64,000 nucleotides of DNA from Podarcis muralis. Lineage: Eukaryota. Location: assembly GCF_964188315.1 (NCBI RefSeq), contig NC_135667.1, positions 12,152,001-12,216,000 on the forward strand. The letters are read 5' to 3'. Numbering within the stretch: the stretch's first letter is position 1; each line of letters opens with the position of its first letter. Positions 11,133 through 24,940 of this stretch are shown here, in pieces. The notes beneath the pieces were generated by a model. That model did no database searches. It was given only the letters and a program-made list of their open reading frames with translations, and was not told the origin of the DNA. The position numbers and the translations under genes were made by a program.

Positions 11133-13477
11133 CTAATGGAAATTTTAAAAAGTTAAGTGGGGGAAGGGACCGATCCCATATAATTTCTCTAGGGAAGACA
11201 TATGATGGTGCCAGTAGTGGCCAGCAGGGTAGAGCAAGTGTCTTCAGAGATTCATTGATGTTTTGGAAAGGTGAGTGGAAGGGGTGAGGCAGCAGTGAGG
11301 TCTGTACACTGCAAATACCCTGGTGGAATCAATATGACACTCCCACCATTGCTTTTGTAGCAGACTGGCTTCACTGACACTCCCCACCTGAAACACTGCA
11401 ATGTCTTCAGTTCAGTAAGCACCTCTTTCTGACCCTACTGTTACCGGTTGCTGCTCTACCAGCCCACAGAGCGTACACTTAGCGTTGAGAAAATACTTTA
11501 ATATTAGCACTTTCTTTCCAAGCTGCAAATTTAAGTAGCTTTTGTAATAAAAGGGAAAAGTCTGCCATGTGGTTTCTCCCTAATCAGATGACACAATCTG
11601 TTCCCGTGCTCTCTTTAATGCTTTAGTTTTGCCTTGATTTAATTTCTCTTCTGTATTTTGAGTTCTTGAATGGCATATATTAATGTTCAACAAGCTGTCT
11701 GATAGGAAAAGAATTCCTTCTCCTTTGCTCTCCTGCTTAATTTAAATCTAGTACTACCAGTCTTTGGCTAAGTAGCTCTGACTCCTGTCTTTATAACTGA
11801 TTTCATCAAATGAAACAAAACTTTAACTGTTTCTAAGGATTTATTTGTTCTTGCCAACCAATACATCAAACATCAAAAATATGAGTCTCCTCTTCCTGTA
11901 AGTTTTGCTATAATCTTATACAGAGAAATAGATTGTGAACAATGTGCACAAAATGGTCGCCAAGGAAGAGAAAGCTGAACACAGATCACTTCTGCAACAA
12001 CAATGATGCAAGCAGTTAATGGCAAAGTACAAAATCCACACTTCTTATTTGCCCAGGGGGTAGTTATAGAATCACACTGTCTTGTAGTTTTGCTCATGAT
12101 TACTTGGGACTTGAAAAAGAAATAGCATGTAATCACAGTTAATTGGATAATTATAAGGGAAATAATCACCTATTCAGAATTACACTTGCTGTGAGACATT
12201 GCAGAAGAAACCATAATCCAGCTCACTGGAATAGCAGGTGATACCAATGTTTTTACGGACTGACAGATTCCTGCATTACAGATGACTCCTGGGGTCCCTT
12301 CCCAGTGTACAATTGTATGATTCTGTGACATCAAGAGTAATGGACTTCAGTATAATGAGATATTCAGAAGAAAAGAGTACCACAATAGAAACCGCATTTG
12401 GCTTGAAAGTTTTTGTTTTGTTTATTTATTTCTTTATTCATTCGTTCATTCATTCATTTATTCATGAATTCATTCATTAATAGTATTGCATTTTTATTTT
12501 GGTGTGTCAAGAAGGAATGGAGAGTTAAAAGTTAGGCCCTTACAGTTAAACCGTCAAATAGGAATTGGAAAGCCCTTAGATAGGTCTTAAGTGCTAGATA
12601 TGACTCAGACAGGGATTACCTTAGGACCTGAAAAGGGCTTTATTAGGGGTTAGCTAGGCAGGACAACCTATATTATGAAAGTTCCTGGAAGGGGCTGGGA
12701 GTGGGTTTCTGGTTTAAGAAAAAAGAATAGCCATTCTATGGGGAATCAGTTTATTCCGCTGTGTGTTGAAGTGAAAGTTTTATCACCCCTCTGTAAAGAG
12801 TTTTTGGCTGAAACCAAGTCTTGTGCCATATCAGAATAACAATTAAGCTATAAGCCTCATCAAGTGTATTTCAATAAAATTATTAAGTCTTAACATTACT
12901 TTGATACTCTGTTTGAGGCAGGGCCAGCCCACCCATGAGGCAAGGTGAGGCAAGTGCTTCGAAAGCCAGAATTCACAGGGGAAGCAGAATTGGAACCCAA
13001 AGAATGCATCACCTGCCGCTGCTGCCACAGTGGCAGCAATGGCTGCGGCACACTCCTTAGAGGTCAGATCTTCCACCTCTCTCACAGCAACCACCTCACC
13101 TTACAAAAGTGTGATGATAAGGGGGAACTGGAGTCTACTTACGTGGCAATTTTTGCTGGCATGAGTTTCATGAGTTTACCAGCTCATGTAACTAATCAAG
13201 AGGCATGAAATAGGTGTGTCCCTCCTGGCCTCACCTCGTGCCGCCACACTCTGGAATGCCCCTTTTAAGAGATGTACACCTCCCCTCTTTGCATTTCATT
13301 TGGAGAGGAGAATTGAACAAGAATATATCACAGATTTGAAAAGGATTACTCCAAAATGGCACTGACAGTTTAAATTACATTTGCATTTTGATGAAGAAAG
13401 GAAAAACACAAAAGTACCATAGAACACATTTCTAATTAAAATATGATATGGATGAGGGACCCTGAATTTTAGATATG

Positions 13478-16400
13478 TCAATTCTTCCTTCTGAGTTGCT
13501 CCTTGCTATTCAATTCAGGCTTCACTACAATAATATAACATTTTGGTGAAAAAATACAGCCTAGTAAACCAGCACTGGAGGCCAAGATGGAGAAGATCTC
13601 CACAGCCACCATATATTTTCCTTTTGTGCTTAAGTAAGTTGGAACAAAGGACAGCCACACACTGCAAAATACCAGCATGCTGAAGGTGATAAACTTGGCT
13701 TCATTAAAGCTATCAGGTAGCTTCCTGGCTAGGAAGGCTACAGAGAAGCTGACAATGGCCAGCAAGCCCATAAACCCCAAGACACAGTAGAACATGGTGA
13801 CTGACCCTTCATTACATTGCAGAACCATTTCTTTACTCATTGAGTGCATGTCTAAATCTGGGAATGGGGGAGAAGTTGCCAGCCACACAGTACAAAGAGC
13901 AGCTTGAATCAAGGAGCAGGAGAGGACAATGGAAATGGCCTGCTGTTTCCCCACCCATTTCCTCATGCTGGACCCTGGTTTGGTGACCATGAAAGCAAGG
14001 ATCACAGTGATTGTCTTAGACAACACACAAGAAACGGCCACTGAAAAGATGATGCCAAAAGCTGTTTGTCGAAGGAGACAGGTCACTTTCTCAGGTCGAC
14101 CGATGAATAGCAAAGCACAAAGGAAGGAGAACAAGAGGGAGGTGAGGAGAGTATAGGAGAGGTTGCGGTTGTTGGCTTTGACTATGGGAGTGTCCCGGTG
14201 CCTAATGAAAATCCAAAGCACCAAAGCTGTAAGGAAGGACAAGGAAAGAGCAAAACAGGCCAAAGAGATCCCCAGGGGTTCCCCATAAGACAAGAATTGT
14301 ATGTTCTTTGGCAGACAAGAATCCTTTTCCACATTTGGGTAATGATTTTGTGGGCACTCAAAGCATTCATCCATGTCTGAAAAAGAAATGCCGTAGGAGC
14401 ATCACTACATGCATAATACTAAAATGATCAAAATGAAAATTAAACCTTAGATAAGGGTTTGCCAAGTTGAAATCTGAAAAAACCATTTGGCACACTTCTC
14501 ATGTAATTATATTATTAGCAACATGCCGTATTCAATTGCCACCCACCCCCAGATGTTAGGACCTAACTCGACCTCTGAAGCTCAATGTTATCATTTACCG
14601 TCAGGATTCTAGCAGATTTTACTTGTTCACATTTTTTAACATCCCAACATGATTTGAACTTCCCATTCTAATATGTTGACTGGAAGAAGGTTGCATTTCC
14701 GTTTTAGCGCTTCTCTGAATTTGGAAACATGGTTCTTGGGTCTTGCATTTAAGAAAGGCTGTTGCAACCTTAGCTTTCTCCCTGAGGTTCTTTCGTATCT
14801 CTGAAGGTTTCTGTTTTTTCAACTTTTGATACCTCCATCATCTGAGTGGTGATTCATTTCATATATATATATATAGTGTACATAATTACCAGTTGTCAAT
14901 GGATTGGACTGATATTATTGAATATATCATGCTGTATCCTCATATCAGGAACCACAACCTTCACTGAATTCTGAACAACTTTCATGAATTGTCTGAACAA
15001 CTGAAAACCACAAGGGATGGGAGTGTCAGAATATATTAGTGTTAGTATGTTTTAAAGGCTCTTTACGTGATGTCTCTTACCTGTCTGGTTGGAAATCTTC
15101 CCTTCTGGACATATAATGCAATCATAGCAGCAAAACGGTTTCCCTTCCTTCTTTGTTTTTTGATAACCCAAAGGACAATTGGCATTACAAAGAGAAAGGG
15201 GCTGTGCCTGTCCAAAAAGGTAAGAGGATAATGTTTTCTATTTTGCAATATTGTGTATCCACAATGTATTATATTCTGTTAACTTGCTGAACTATCTCCT
15301 TTTATGGTGGAAGAGGCAAGAGACAACTAGGAAAGGGCAATCAAGGGCTACTTGCCCTGATGGCTTTGGTTCTTCTCCACAATTGGAGGCAACTGTTTTT
15401 GTTATTGTCATTCAATGTAGTGCACCTCTGGGGGAGAAGTTGAACTGATGCATTAGCAGTACGAAACCTGGGCAGTGTGCATCGAGCACTGGGTTACCAA
15501 GACAAAAAGACACCCTTGCCGACCTCATTGATGTGGTCCAAAGGAAAGCAGAGCCATATTTTACAATTTTGGGTAGGGAAGGAAACAAGCAAGCCCCATC
15601 GTGATAGAAGGAACCCTTATGCTGCCTTCCCCCACATGAATATGACTCTCTGTAAATTTATCAAGTTTTATTTTTTTCCAAGTAGTAAATTTGGTGGTAG
15701 TAGTGCAATAGTGGATGTAATGAGTGTCACTTAACTGGCAAAACATGGAAGATCTGCACACCCATGCCCTCACTCCTACACTGAGCACATGGATGAACAT
15801 AGCACAGAACTAGGTCAGTATCTGAACCGCGAATCATTGTAGAAGTGATGGATAGGCTACAAAATATGAATTTATCTCACCTGGTTAAACCTGCTGGGCC
15901 ACACAATGGCTTCTTCACAAATGCTGAACACTTCTTCTTGGGGAGCCATGGGGTCGATCTTTCCAACTTTCACCCTCCGAAAGGACTGGTTTGGAAATGT
16001 GACCCAGTTTATAATATCAAATCCAGACTCTAACTCTCCATTTTGGTTGAAGGAAACTTTTCCCCCATCACTATTATTAAATGAGATGCTTTTAACAAAG
16101 TGGTTGAGCTGTTTAGGGGGGGGGGGGAGAATGGATAGAACCACAGAGAAAATAAAAGAAAGCCAATGCATAAGGATATACAAAAGACTGATCATCATTC
16201 CCTCTTGTTTACTGAACTGTATAAAAGCTTTATATGAAGTAAATATATATATGGAGAGGAAAGAGCCCTATAGGCCGCCTTGAGCTTCTTGCAGGAACAA
16301 TGAGAGATACGTACAACAATAAACAGATACAGTAATAAACTACAATAATAAAATGTAACAGTGGTAATAATGAAGGAAGTGACTGGGCAGCAGTGGAGCA

Positions 16401-19216
16401 GGTCAGAATGGTATAGCCACTACTACATTTACAACCGTGATGTGGTGGAAGGTAGAAGCAGAAAAACCCCCTGCTCCATGCTTATTATTATCACCTTTTG
16501 AACTTCCAAAGAATCTAGATTCTCTGTTTATTCCTTTGCAACTGGTGAGCAGTGGAGATTAGACAAAGTCAAGGAAGAAATTGGATATCTATATCTATTA
16601 GCCACAATGACTATATACTTGCTCCAGAAAAAGGGCCAGGGTGCCTCTGAACACCAGACTGTTGGGAGTGGCCTATTGCCAAAATGTCATGATTGAACAC
16701 TTCCCACAGGTATCAGGTTGGCTGCCTTGGGTAACCTTTGGACTGATCCATCACCATTTCTACTCCACTTTTAGCATGCTCAGAACATTACCTTCCATAA
16801 ATGTTCATTCTTGAATTTTACTCCTTCGTCCACTTTCATTCGTTTTTTGAAGCTAGTTGAATGCATGGCATGCAAAGCATGTGCAACCACATAGGCAGCT
16901 GTGAAGACACTGTAGCTGTGGCCAGTCATGGTCATTTCAAAAACAGATGCAGGAAGAGTCTCCAGCTTCTCCTCTCCACTGCAGAGGTCTTCATCCTGTA
17001 GGTCTACCATGGAGTTGGGGAACAAACACCCAAAGACCTGTTCCCAGAAGACTCTAACAAAGCCATCAGCTTTCTCCGAGGTGGGGTTTCTCACCTGAAG
17101 AAATTTATGAAATCCTACAACCTCACTGGAATGAATGGCAAAAGATATAGCACCATGGAGGAAGTCTATGTCCCAATCTCTTTGAACAGGAATGGAAGTG
17201 AAATCTATCTCGCCTATCATAATCCACACCTTACTATTTCTCTTTGTTGATATAAGGTCATATGCTGAAGCCCTGGAAAAAATCCTCAGGATGATCATGG
17301 TTTCGATCTCACCATGAATGACCAATGCATTGACAGTGCTGTTCACAATAATTTCATTCATTTCAAATACCTCTCCCAACAAGTCATCAAAATCACTTAA
17401 AAAAGACATTCTGGGAATTCTCACTATGAAATCAAAGCAAATACCTCTCTGGGCAAACATGGAAATAATATTATGTTCAAACCTCTCTCCATTATCATTT
17501 TGCCCAGAAATAATCCCAGTCCATGTCCACTTGAAATATAGCAGTAACCAGAGAATTGCCTTATATTGAAGCTTCAAATCTGGGAACACTTGGTAATAGA
17601 AAGCAGCTTGGGTTTTCTTATCTAGGGCCGCAGCAGAGCAATACATGATCTAATGGAAATAAAAAAAAGTTAAGGGGGGTTGGTACCAATCCCATATAAT
17701 TTCTCTGGGGAAGACATATGATGCTGCCAGTAGTGGCCAGCAGTGTAGAGCAAGTGTGTTCAGAGATTCATTGATGTTTTGGAAAGGTGAGTGGAAGGGG
17801 TGAGGCAGCAGTGAGGTCTGTACGCTGCAAATACCCTGGTGGAATCAATATGATACTCCCACCATTGCTTTTGTAGCAGACTGGCTTCACTGACACTCCC
17901 CACCTGAAACAATGCAATGACTTCAGTTCAGGGAGATCAAGTAAGCACCTCTTTCTGACCCTACTGTTACCGGTTGCTGCTCTACCATCCCACAGAGCGT
18001 ACACTTAGCGTTTAGAAAATACTTTAATATTAGCACTTTCTTTCCAAGCTGCAAATTTAAGTAGCTTTTGTAATAAAAGGGGAAAGTCTGCCATGTGGTT
18101 TCTCCCTAATCAGATGACACAATCTGTTCCCGTGTGCTCTTTAAGGCTTTAGTTTTGCCTTGATTTAATTTCTCTTCTGTATTTTGAGTTCTTGAATGCC
18201 ATATATTAATGTTCAACAAGCTGTCTGATAGGGGTGTGGCAGCAGTAAGGTCTGTACAGTGCACTTTCTTTCCAAGTTGCAAATTTAAGCAGCTTTTGTA
18301 ATAAAAGGGAAAAGTCTGCCATGTCCCTCATCAGATGACACAATCTCTCCCTATGCTCCCTTTAAGGCATTAGTTTTGCTTTGATTTAATTTCTCTTCTG
18401 TATTTTGAGTTCTTGAATGGCATATATTAATGTTCAACAAGCTGTCTGATAGGAAAAGAATTCCTTCTCCTTTGCTCTCCTGCTTAATTTAAATCTAGTA
18501 CTACCAGTCTTTGGCTAAGTAGCTCTGACTCCTGTCTTTATAACTGATTTCATCAAATGAAACAAAACTTTAACTCTTTCTAAGGATTTATTTGTTCTTG
18601 CCAACCAATACATCAAACATCAAAAATATGAGTCTCCTCTTCCTGTAAATTTTGCTATAATCTTATACAGAGAAATAGATTGTGAACAATGTGCACAAAA
18701 TGGTCGCCAAGGAAGAGAAAGCTGAACACAGATCACTTCTGCAACAACAATGATGCAAGCAGATAATGGCAAAGTACAAAATCCACACTTCTTATTTACA
18801 GAGTGAGGAAAAGCCTTTATTGCTATTAAAAATCATCTAGAACAAATAATGCAGAAAACACAAAAAATAGGAAACATTCCAAATGCAGCTACAGAACTGA
18901 GTGTGAAAAAACACACAATCTTCTACAATGTCAGAAACCATTAACTGACTTACTTGATGACAAAGAAAATAGGAGACAACTTTGAATTTAAAATTCTGAG
19001 ACACTGCAGATTTAATAAATGTCTTACTAACCTGACGGACAACAGAAATGCCAGAAGTCCTCCTAATCGTCAGACATAAAAATTGTTCACTGTCATCTAG
19101 CTCCCAACAAAACAAACAAAAATGCAGTATTTTCCCATGATATTATTATTTGCTTTGACAGATTTTTCATTAATGGCAAATTAACGAAAGCCGTCAATGT
19201 GAAAGTGGGGGATGTG

Positions 19217-19268
<52 letters not shown>

Positions 19269-20388
19269 TGATCTTGCTGCAAGATCTAAGTACAGAGACA
19301 CTGAGAAAAAGGCAGGTCCTGAACCTGCTACAGAAAAATCTCAGGAACCTCAAAGACTTTATTGTTGGAGCTTCTGGGGAAAAAAACATTGGAAATAAAA
19401 CTGATAAAAAGAAAAGTTTACCAGGAAAGGGATGAGCAAATGGCTTGTTAACCTCTCTTCCTGCACGCTTACATCTTACCTGTGGAATCTTATAAATGGA
19501 CAGGATATCTGCCATGTAGAGACAGACTTCAGAGACAGGTCCCCCAATGACTGCTCCTGGATTGTTCTGAATATCACATTTGTAGTTGGGGGCTGATTTG
19601 CCCAGTCTAGAGAAGAGTTCCATTGAGGCACGATAGGTCCATTTTGCAGTGAAATAGCTATTATAGATATGGAAACCTAGGGTGACATTAGGTAAAATCT
19701 GGGGGTTTTCATTGATCTCCTTTACAGCAAATATCAAGGCCAGGATATGCTGGTAGATCTGGGTCACCACCCTGCAATTAGAGTTGCATGCAGTATGACA
19801 GTGTATCTGCTACAAAATATGACATATACTTCAATTCAGTTCAATGCATTATTACCGAATACACAATAGTATAATGGTTCTAATCTAGGTAAGCATGATG
19901 AAATATTGTTACATTCCATTGCCTTAAAACCAATACGGACCAAAATTAAAAATTAATCTTCAACTCCGGTCACTGCTCTCTCGCAGTTTCTTCCTTACAA
20001 CCAGGAAACTCTCAAATATTCCTAAGCATAAAAGAGCATGATAATCACAAGACTGAAGGGTAATGTGGTGTAGCTAGGGCAAATATATGACATTGCAAAA
20101 TATCTTTTTTTAAAAAGAAAGAAAGCCTTACACCATGTCTTCAAAGATGTCATTAGAAGGGCGCTTTGCGAAACTTAGTGGAGTATAAACTCTATATATC
20201 TGAGCTATAATGCTGTCAATGATGAAGTCTCCAGGCTGGTAAAACTTGTGAAGAATAGGAAGAGAGTTGCTGACTTGGCATTTGATATCAGGCGTCTTGA
20301 ATGTCACCAGAGGCAAAAGGACAACTGCAAATGCCACTATCTTCCATGACAGAATTCCTTCTCCACACCTATTCTCTTGCCTCCACAT
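13478..20388 (-). CDS. Vmn2r: Vomeronasal type-2 receptor gene B, complete, 886 aa
   Basis: Exons 20388-20132 (257), 19771-19480 (292), 17649-16792 (858), 16108-15881 (228), 15207-15081 (127, cysteine-rich [14 protein letters not shown]...KPFCCYDC), 14376-13478 (899, 7TM with [17 protein letters not shown]). Total 2661 nt in frame. Symbol is family-level only. Confidence 0.93.
19219..19268. repeat. (AAT)n microsatellite
   Basis: Perfect tandem run. Confidence 0.95.
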
Positions 20389-21887
20389 TATACCTTACTG
20401 GGTTCCGTGCTGAGTCTCACGACTTAATTTGAACGGCCGCACCCAGAATGATATGTGACTCAGACTGTGCCATCTAAAATGTCTACAATCAAAGTTACAA
20501 AGCCCTCACCCTCTTAATTTCCAGCACTGAGTTGCCCAGGGGGTAGTTATAGACTCACACTGTCTTGTAGTTTTACTCATGGTTACTTGGGACTTGAAGA
20601 AGAAATAGCATGTAATCACAGTTAATTGGATAATTATAAGGGAGATAATCACCTATTCAGAATTACACTTGCTGTGAGACATTGCAGAAAAAACTATAAT
20701 CCAGCTCACTTGATTGGCAAGAGATACTGATGCCTCTATGGACTGACAGATTGACCCCTGGGGTCCCTTTCCAGTGTACAATTGTATGATTATGTGACAT
20801 CCAGAGTAAAAGACTTCGGTATAATGAGATATTCAAAAGAAGAGTACCACAATAGAGACCACAGTTGCCTTGAAAGTTTTCATTTTGTTTATTCATGCAT
20901 GCATGCATTCATTAATATTATTGCATTTTTATTTTGGTGTGTCAAGAAGGAATGGAGAGTTAAAAGTTAGACTCTTACAGTTAAACCATCAAATAGGAAT
21001 TGGAAAGCCCTTAGATAGGTCTTAACTGTCAGATATGGCTCAGACAGGGATTACCTTAGGACCTGAAAAGGGCTTTATTATGGGTTAGCTAGGAAGGGCA
21101 ATGTAGATTATGAAAGTTCCTGGAAGGGGCTGGGAGTGGGTTTCTGGTTTAAGAAAAAAGAATAGCCATTCTATGGGGAATCAGTTTATTCCGCTGTGTG
21201 TTGAAGTGAGAGTTTTATCACCTCTCTGTAAAGAGTTTTTGCTGAAACCAAGTCTTGTGCTATATCAGAACAACAATGAAGCTATAATCCTCATTAAGTG
21301 TATTTCAATAAAAGTACTAAGAGCCTTAACCTTACTTTGATGCTCTGGTTGAGTCAGGGCCAGCCCACCCATGAGGCAAGGTGAGGCAAGTGCCTCGAAT
21401 GGCAGGATTCACAGGGGAAGCAGAATTGGAACCCAAAGAGTGCATCACCTGCCGCTGCTGCCACAGTGGCAGCAATGACTGTGGCACACTCCTTAGAAGT
21501 CTTTTGCAGCACCCATCTCCCGTTACAAAAGTGTGATGATAAATGGGGAACATGGCAATTTTTGCTGGCATGAGTTTCATGGGTTTACCAGCTCATGTAA
21601 CTAAACAAGAGGCATGAAACAGGTGTGTCCCTCCTGGCCTCACCCCATGCCGCCACACCCTGGAATACCCCTTTTAAGAGATGCACACCTCCTCTCTTTG
21701 CATTTTATTTGGTGAGCATAATTTAAGAAGAATTTATCACAGATTTTAAAAGGATTACTCCAATATGGCACTGACAGCTTAAATTACATTTGCATTTAGC
21801 TGAGGAAATAAAAAAATACAGAAGTAACATAGACCCCATTTCTAATTAAAATGTGACATGGATGAGGGACCCTGAATTTTAGATATG

Positions 21888-22607
21888 TCAAGTCTTCCTT
21901 CTGAGTTGCTCCTTGCTGTTCAACTCAGGCTTCACCATAATAATATAACATTTAGGTGAAAATATACAGCCTAGTAACCCAGCACTGGAGGCCAAGATGG
22001 AGAAGATCTCCACAGCCACCATATATTTTCCTTTTGTGCTTAAGTTGGAACAAAGGACAGCCACACACTGCAAAATACCAGCATGCTGAAGGTGATAAAC
22101 TTGGCTTCATTAAAGCTGTCGGGTAGCTTCCTGGCTAGGAAGGCTACAGAGAAGCTGACAATGGCCAGCAAGCCCATAAACCCGAAAACACAGTAGAACA
22201 TGGTGACTGACCCTTCATTACATTGCAGAACAATTTCTTTACTCATTGAGTGCATGTCTAAATCTGGGAATGGGGGAGAAGTTGCCAGCCACACAGTACA
22301 AAGAGCAGCTTGAATCAAGGAACAGAAAAGAACAATGGAGGTGGCCTGTTGTTTCCCCACCCATTTCCTCATGCTGGACCCTGGTTTGGTGACCATGAAA
22401 GCAAGGACCACAATGATTGTCTTTGCCAACACACAAGAAACTGCCAATGAAAAGATGATGCCAAAAGCTGTTTGCCGAAGGAGACATGTCACTTTCTCAG
22501 GTCGACCGATGAATAGGAAAGCACAAAGGATGGAGAACAAGAGGGAGATGAGGAGAGTGTATGAGAGGTTGCAATTGTTGGATTTGACTATGGGAGTGTC
22601 CCAGTCA
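21888..22607 (-). pseudogene. V2R gene C exon-6 (7TM) remnant
   Basis: Closely similar to gene B exon 6, but a 4-bp deletion near 22040 (CTTAAGTAAGTTGG>CTTAAGTTGG) shifts the frame; 5' side is replaced by CR1. Confidence 0.9.
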
Positions 22608-22935
22608 TTCAGTCTAACCGCCTGCAATGGAGGAATCTCAACTATAGAATCCATGACAGATGGCCACCCAACCTCTGCTTAAAACCTCCAAGGAAGGAGA
22701 GTCCACAACCTCTCAAGGAAATCAGTTCCATTTTCAAACAGCTCCTACTCTCAGAAAATTCTTCCAGATGTTTATTTCGAATCTCCTTTCTTGTAACTTG
22801 AAGCTATTGTTTCGAGTCCTACCCTCCAGAGCAGGAGAGAACAAGCTTGCTCCAGCTTCCATGTGACAGGCCTCGGGATATTTGAAGATGGCTATCTTCA
22901 TATCTCCTCCCAGTCTCTTCTCCAAGCTAAAAGTG
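22608..22935 (-). mobile_element. CR1 LINE 3' fragment
   Basis: Minus-strand translation FSLEKRLGGDM-IAIFKY...LQERRFEINIWKNFL matches the CR1 ORF2 C-terminus, followed by a CR1-like 3' UTR. Confidence 0.85.
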
Positions 22936-23073
22936 GAGGGAACTATGCAAATATCTGACATTTTGTCATTTCTCCACATTTAAGCATGTAAGAAAAATAA
23001 AACAACAATTTAAAAAGAGGATGGGTTTTTATTTGAATTCCCAGCCTTGTTTAATTCATAGTACACTGCTTTG

Positions 23074-23205
23074 NNNNNNNNNNNNNNNNNNNNNNNNNNN
23101 NNNNNNNNNNNNNNNNNNNNNNNNNNNNNNNNNNNNNNNNNNNNNNNNNNNNNNNNNNNNNNNNNNNNNNNNNNNNNNNNNNNNNNNNNNNNNNNNNNNN
23201 NNNNN
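23074..23205. other. Assembly gap
   Basis: Run of N. Confidence 1.
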
Positions 23206-24587
23206 GGAACACAGGGCAGTTTGCAGTATAGGATTTAGTACAAGATTTAGCAAAACTGTGTGTTCCAAGACCAGATGACAAGGCAGGGTAGTGTCCAGAG
23301 CCACCCTAATAATAGCTTTGCTTACCCTTATCTGGATGATGGTGGGATAGGGCAGAGTATCAGCAAGGTTGCAGCTGCACGGGCAAACTGTCAAGAGTGC
23401 CAGCTTTGCCCTGCCCCATCTCACTACTGCCCTGTCTTGTCCTGCAGCAACACTATTGTTGGGAAGGCCTGTCTTCCACACAACCACATCATGTCAGCCC
23501 CTCCATCAGCATGTTCTCATTACAACTACAGAACGTGGGTGCTTCTCCTTGGCCCCCTGCCTGCCTCTCCCTGATGCTTGCCCACCCCAATGTGGAAGTA
23601 CACCAAACACCACTCCTGGCACTCCCGGCCTCCGATCAAAAAACTGGAAATTTGAATTTGTCAAGTAAGGACGGATAAGTAGGGTTGTCATGAAAAGAGA
23701 CTAGGATAAATGGATTTGGGTATGGATCAAGGGCTGTATAATACTCAAATAATTATGGACTGGTGCTCTAATACATAAACACAGTGAAGAAGTCTTGGAG
23801 TAAATAAGACGGGTTGAATGTTTCCTAATATTGAAGGTAACATTGTGACGCGGGACTAGAGGAGAACTATTGTAGACTATTATAATATTATTTGGAGAAT
23901 TTTACTTAGACTTCACACTGAAAAAGAATAATGAACTGGAGCACCCTGGATCAAAGACTGGGAATTACCTAACAGAGGAGGAGCATCTGAATATTAATTT
24001 GGACTGAACATTTAACTGTTTTGAAGAACTATTGTATATTTAACTAACAGATGGATAGTTGGAAATCCTTTTTACTTTTTTCTTTTATTTCTGTTATTTT
24101 TTCTCCCTTTGTTATCTTATTCATTTCTTCAATGCTTTCTATGGCTCCGTCTTTATTCTTTCCTTCTCTTTAGATTAGGTTGGCCTTTTTTGTATTTTAT
24201 GTTGAAATTTTTTGATAAAAAATGATTTTAAAGGAAAAAAAGAAAAACTGTCTTTCCGCTGTCTCAGCACAAAAGGGTGCCATAGAGGAGGAGGCGGGGG
24301 TTCATCATTGAGTGGCTAAGAGTCAGAGTGGCACAGTTCTGAGCCATAGAGATTCAGAGTCTTTAGCTGTTTACCAGAAGTTTAGGTTGTATTATCACTG
24401 TACACCTTTTCCTATTTTTATATCCATCCCTCTTCTTGACTCTCATCCACCAGTCAGTGTGCTGCTGTCTGCCCCCTGCCCCTCTCAGCACACTGACAAA
24501 ACTTCGGCAGTGTGACACCAAAAGACGCACATCCCAATTTTCCTCTGACATGTTGGAGGGTGTGGTATTTCTATTTAAATCATTGTA

Positions 24588-24825
24588 CAGTCAAACCTTG
24601 GCTCCTGAACGGCTCCGTTTTTTAATGATTCAGTTAGGGAAGTAAAACCCGGAAGTAAATGCTTCAGTTTTCAGATGTTTTTTGGAAGCCTAAGATCCGA
24701 CATGGTTTCTGCTTGAGTGCAGGAAGCTCCTGCAATGAATTAGAAGCAGTGATTCTGTTGTCGAACGTTTTGTAAACCGAATAGGCTTCTGAAACGGATT
24801 ACGTTTGACAACTATGGTTTGACTG
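24588..24825. mobile_element. Tc1/mariner-Tigger-type MITE
   Basis: TA|CAGTCAAACC...GGTTTGACTG|TA; a related copy lies in opposite orientation at 59728-59968. Confidence 0.8.
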
Positions 24826-24940
24826 TATTTTATTATTATTATTATTATGCCACACCCATCTGACTGGGTTGCCAGTCTCGAAACATCTGGAGGGCCAAGT
24901 TTGCCTATGCCTGATCTAAAGCAGTACTACACCACTCGAA

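Noticed and set aside
20530-20770. O/E-like (CCCnnGGG) and TAAT words upstream of V2R genes
   Set aside because: Short, imperfect, and shared only because of recent duplication; no independent evidence of constraint.
23206-24245. Possible L1 3' UTR or other LINE remnant after the gap
   Set aside because: A-rich end but no convincing protein motif; could not classify it.
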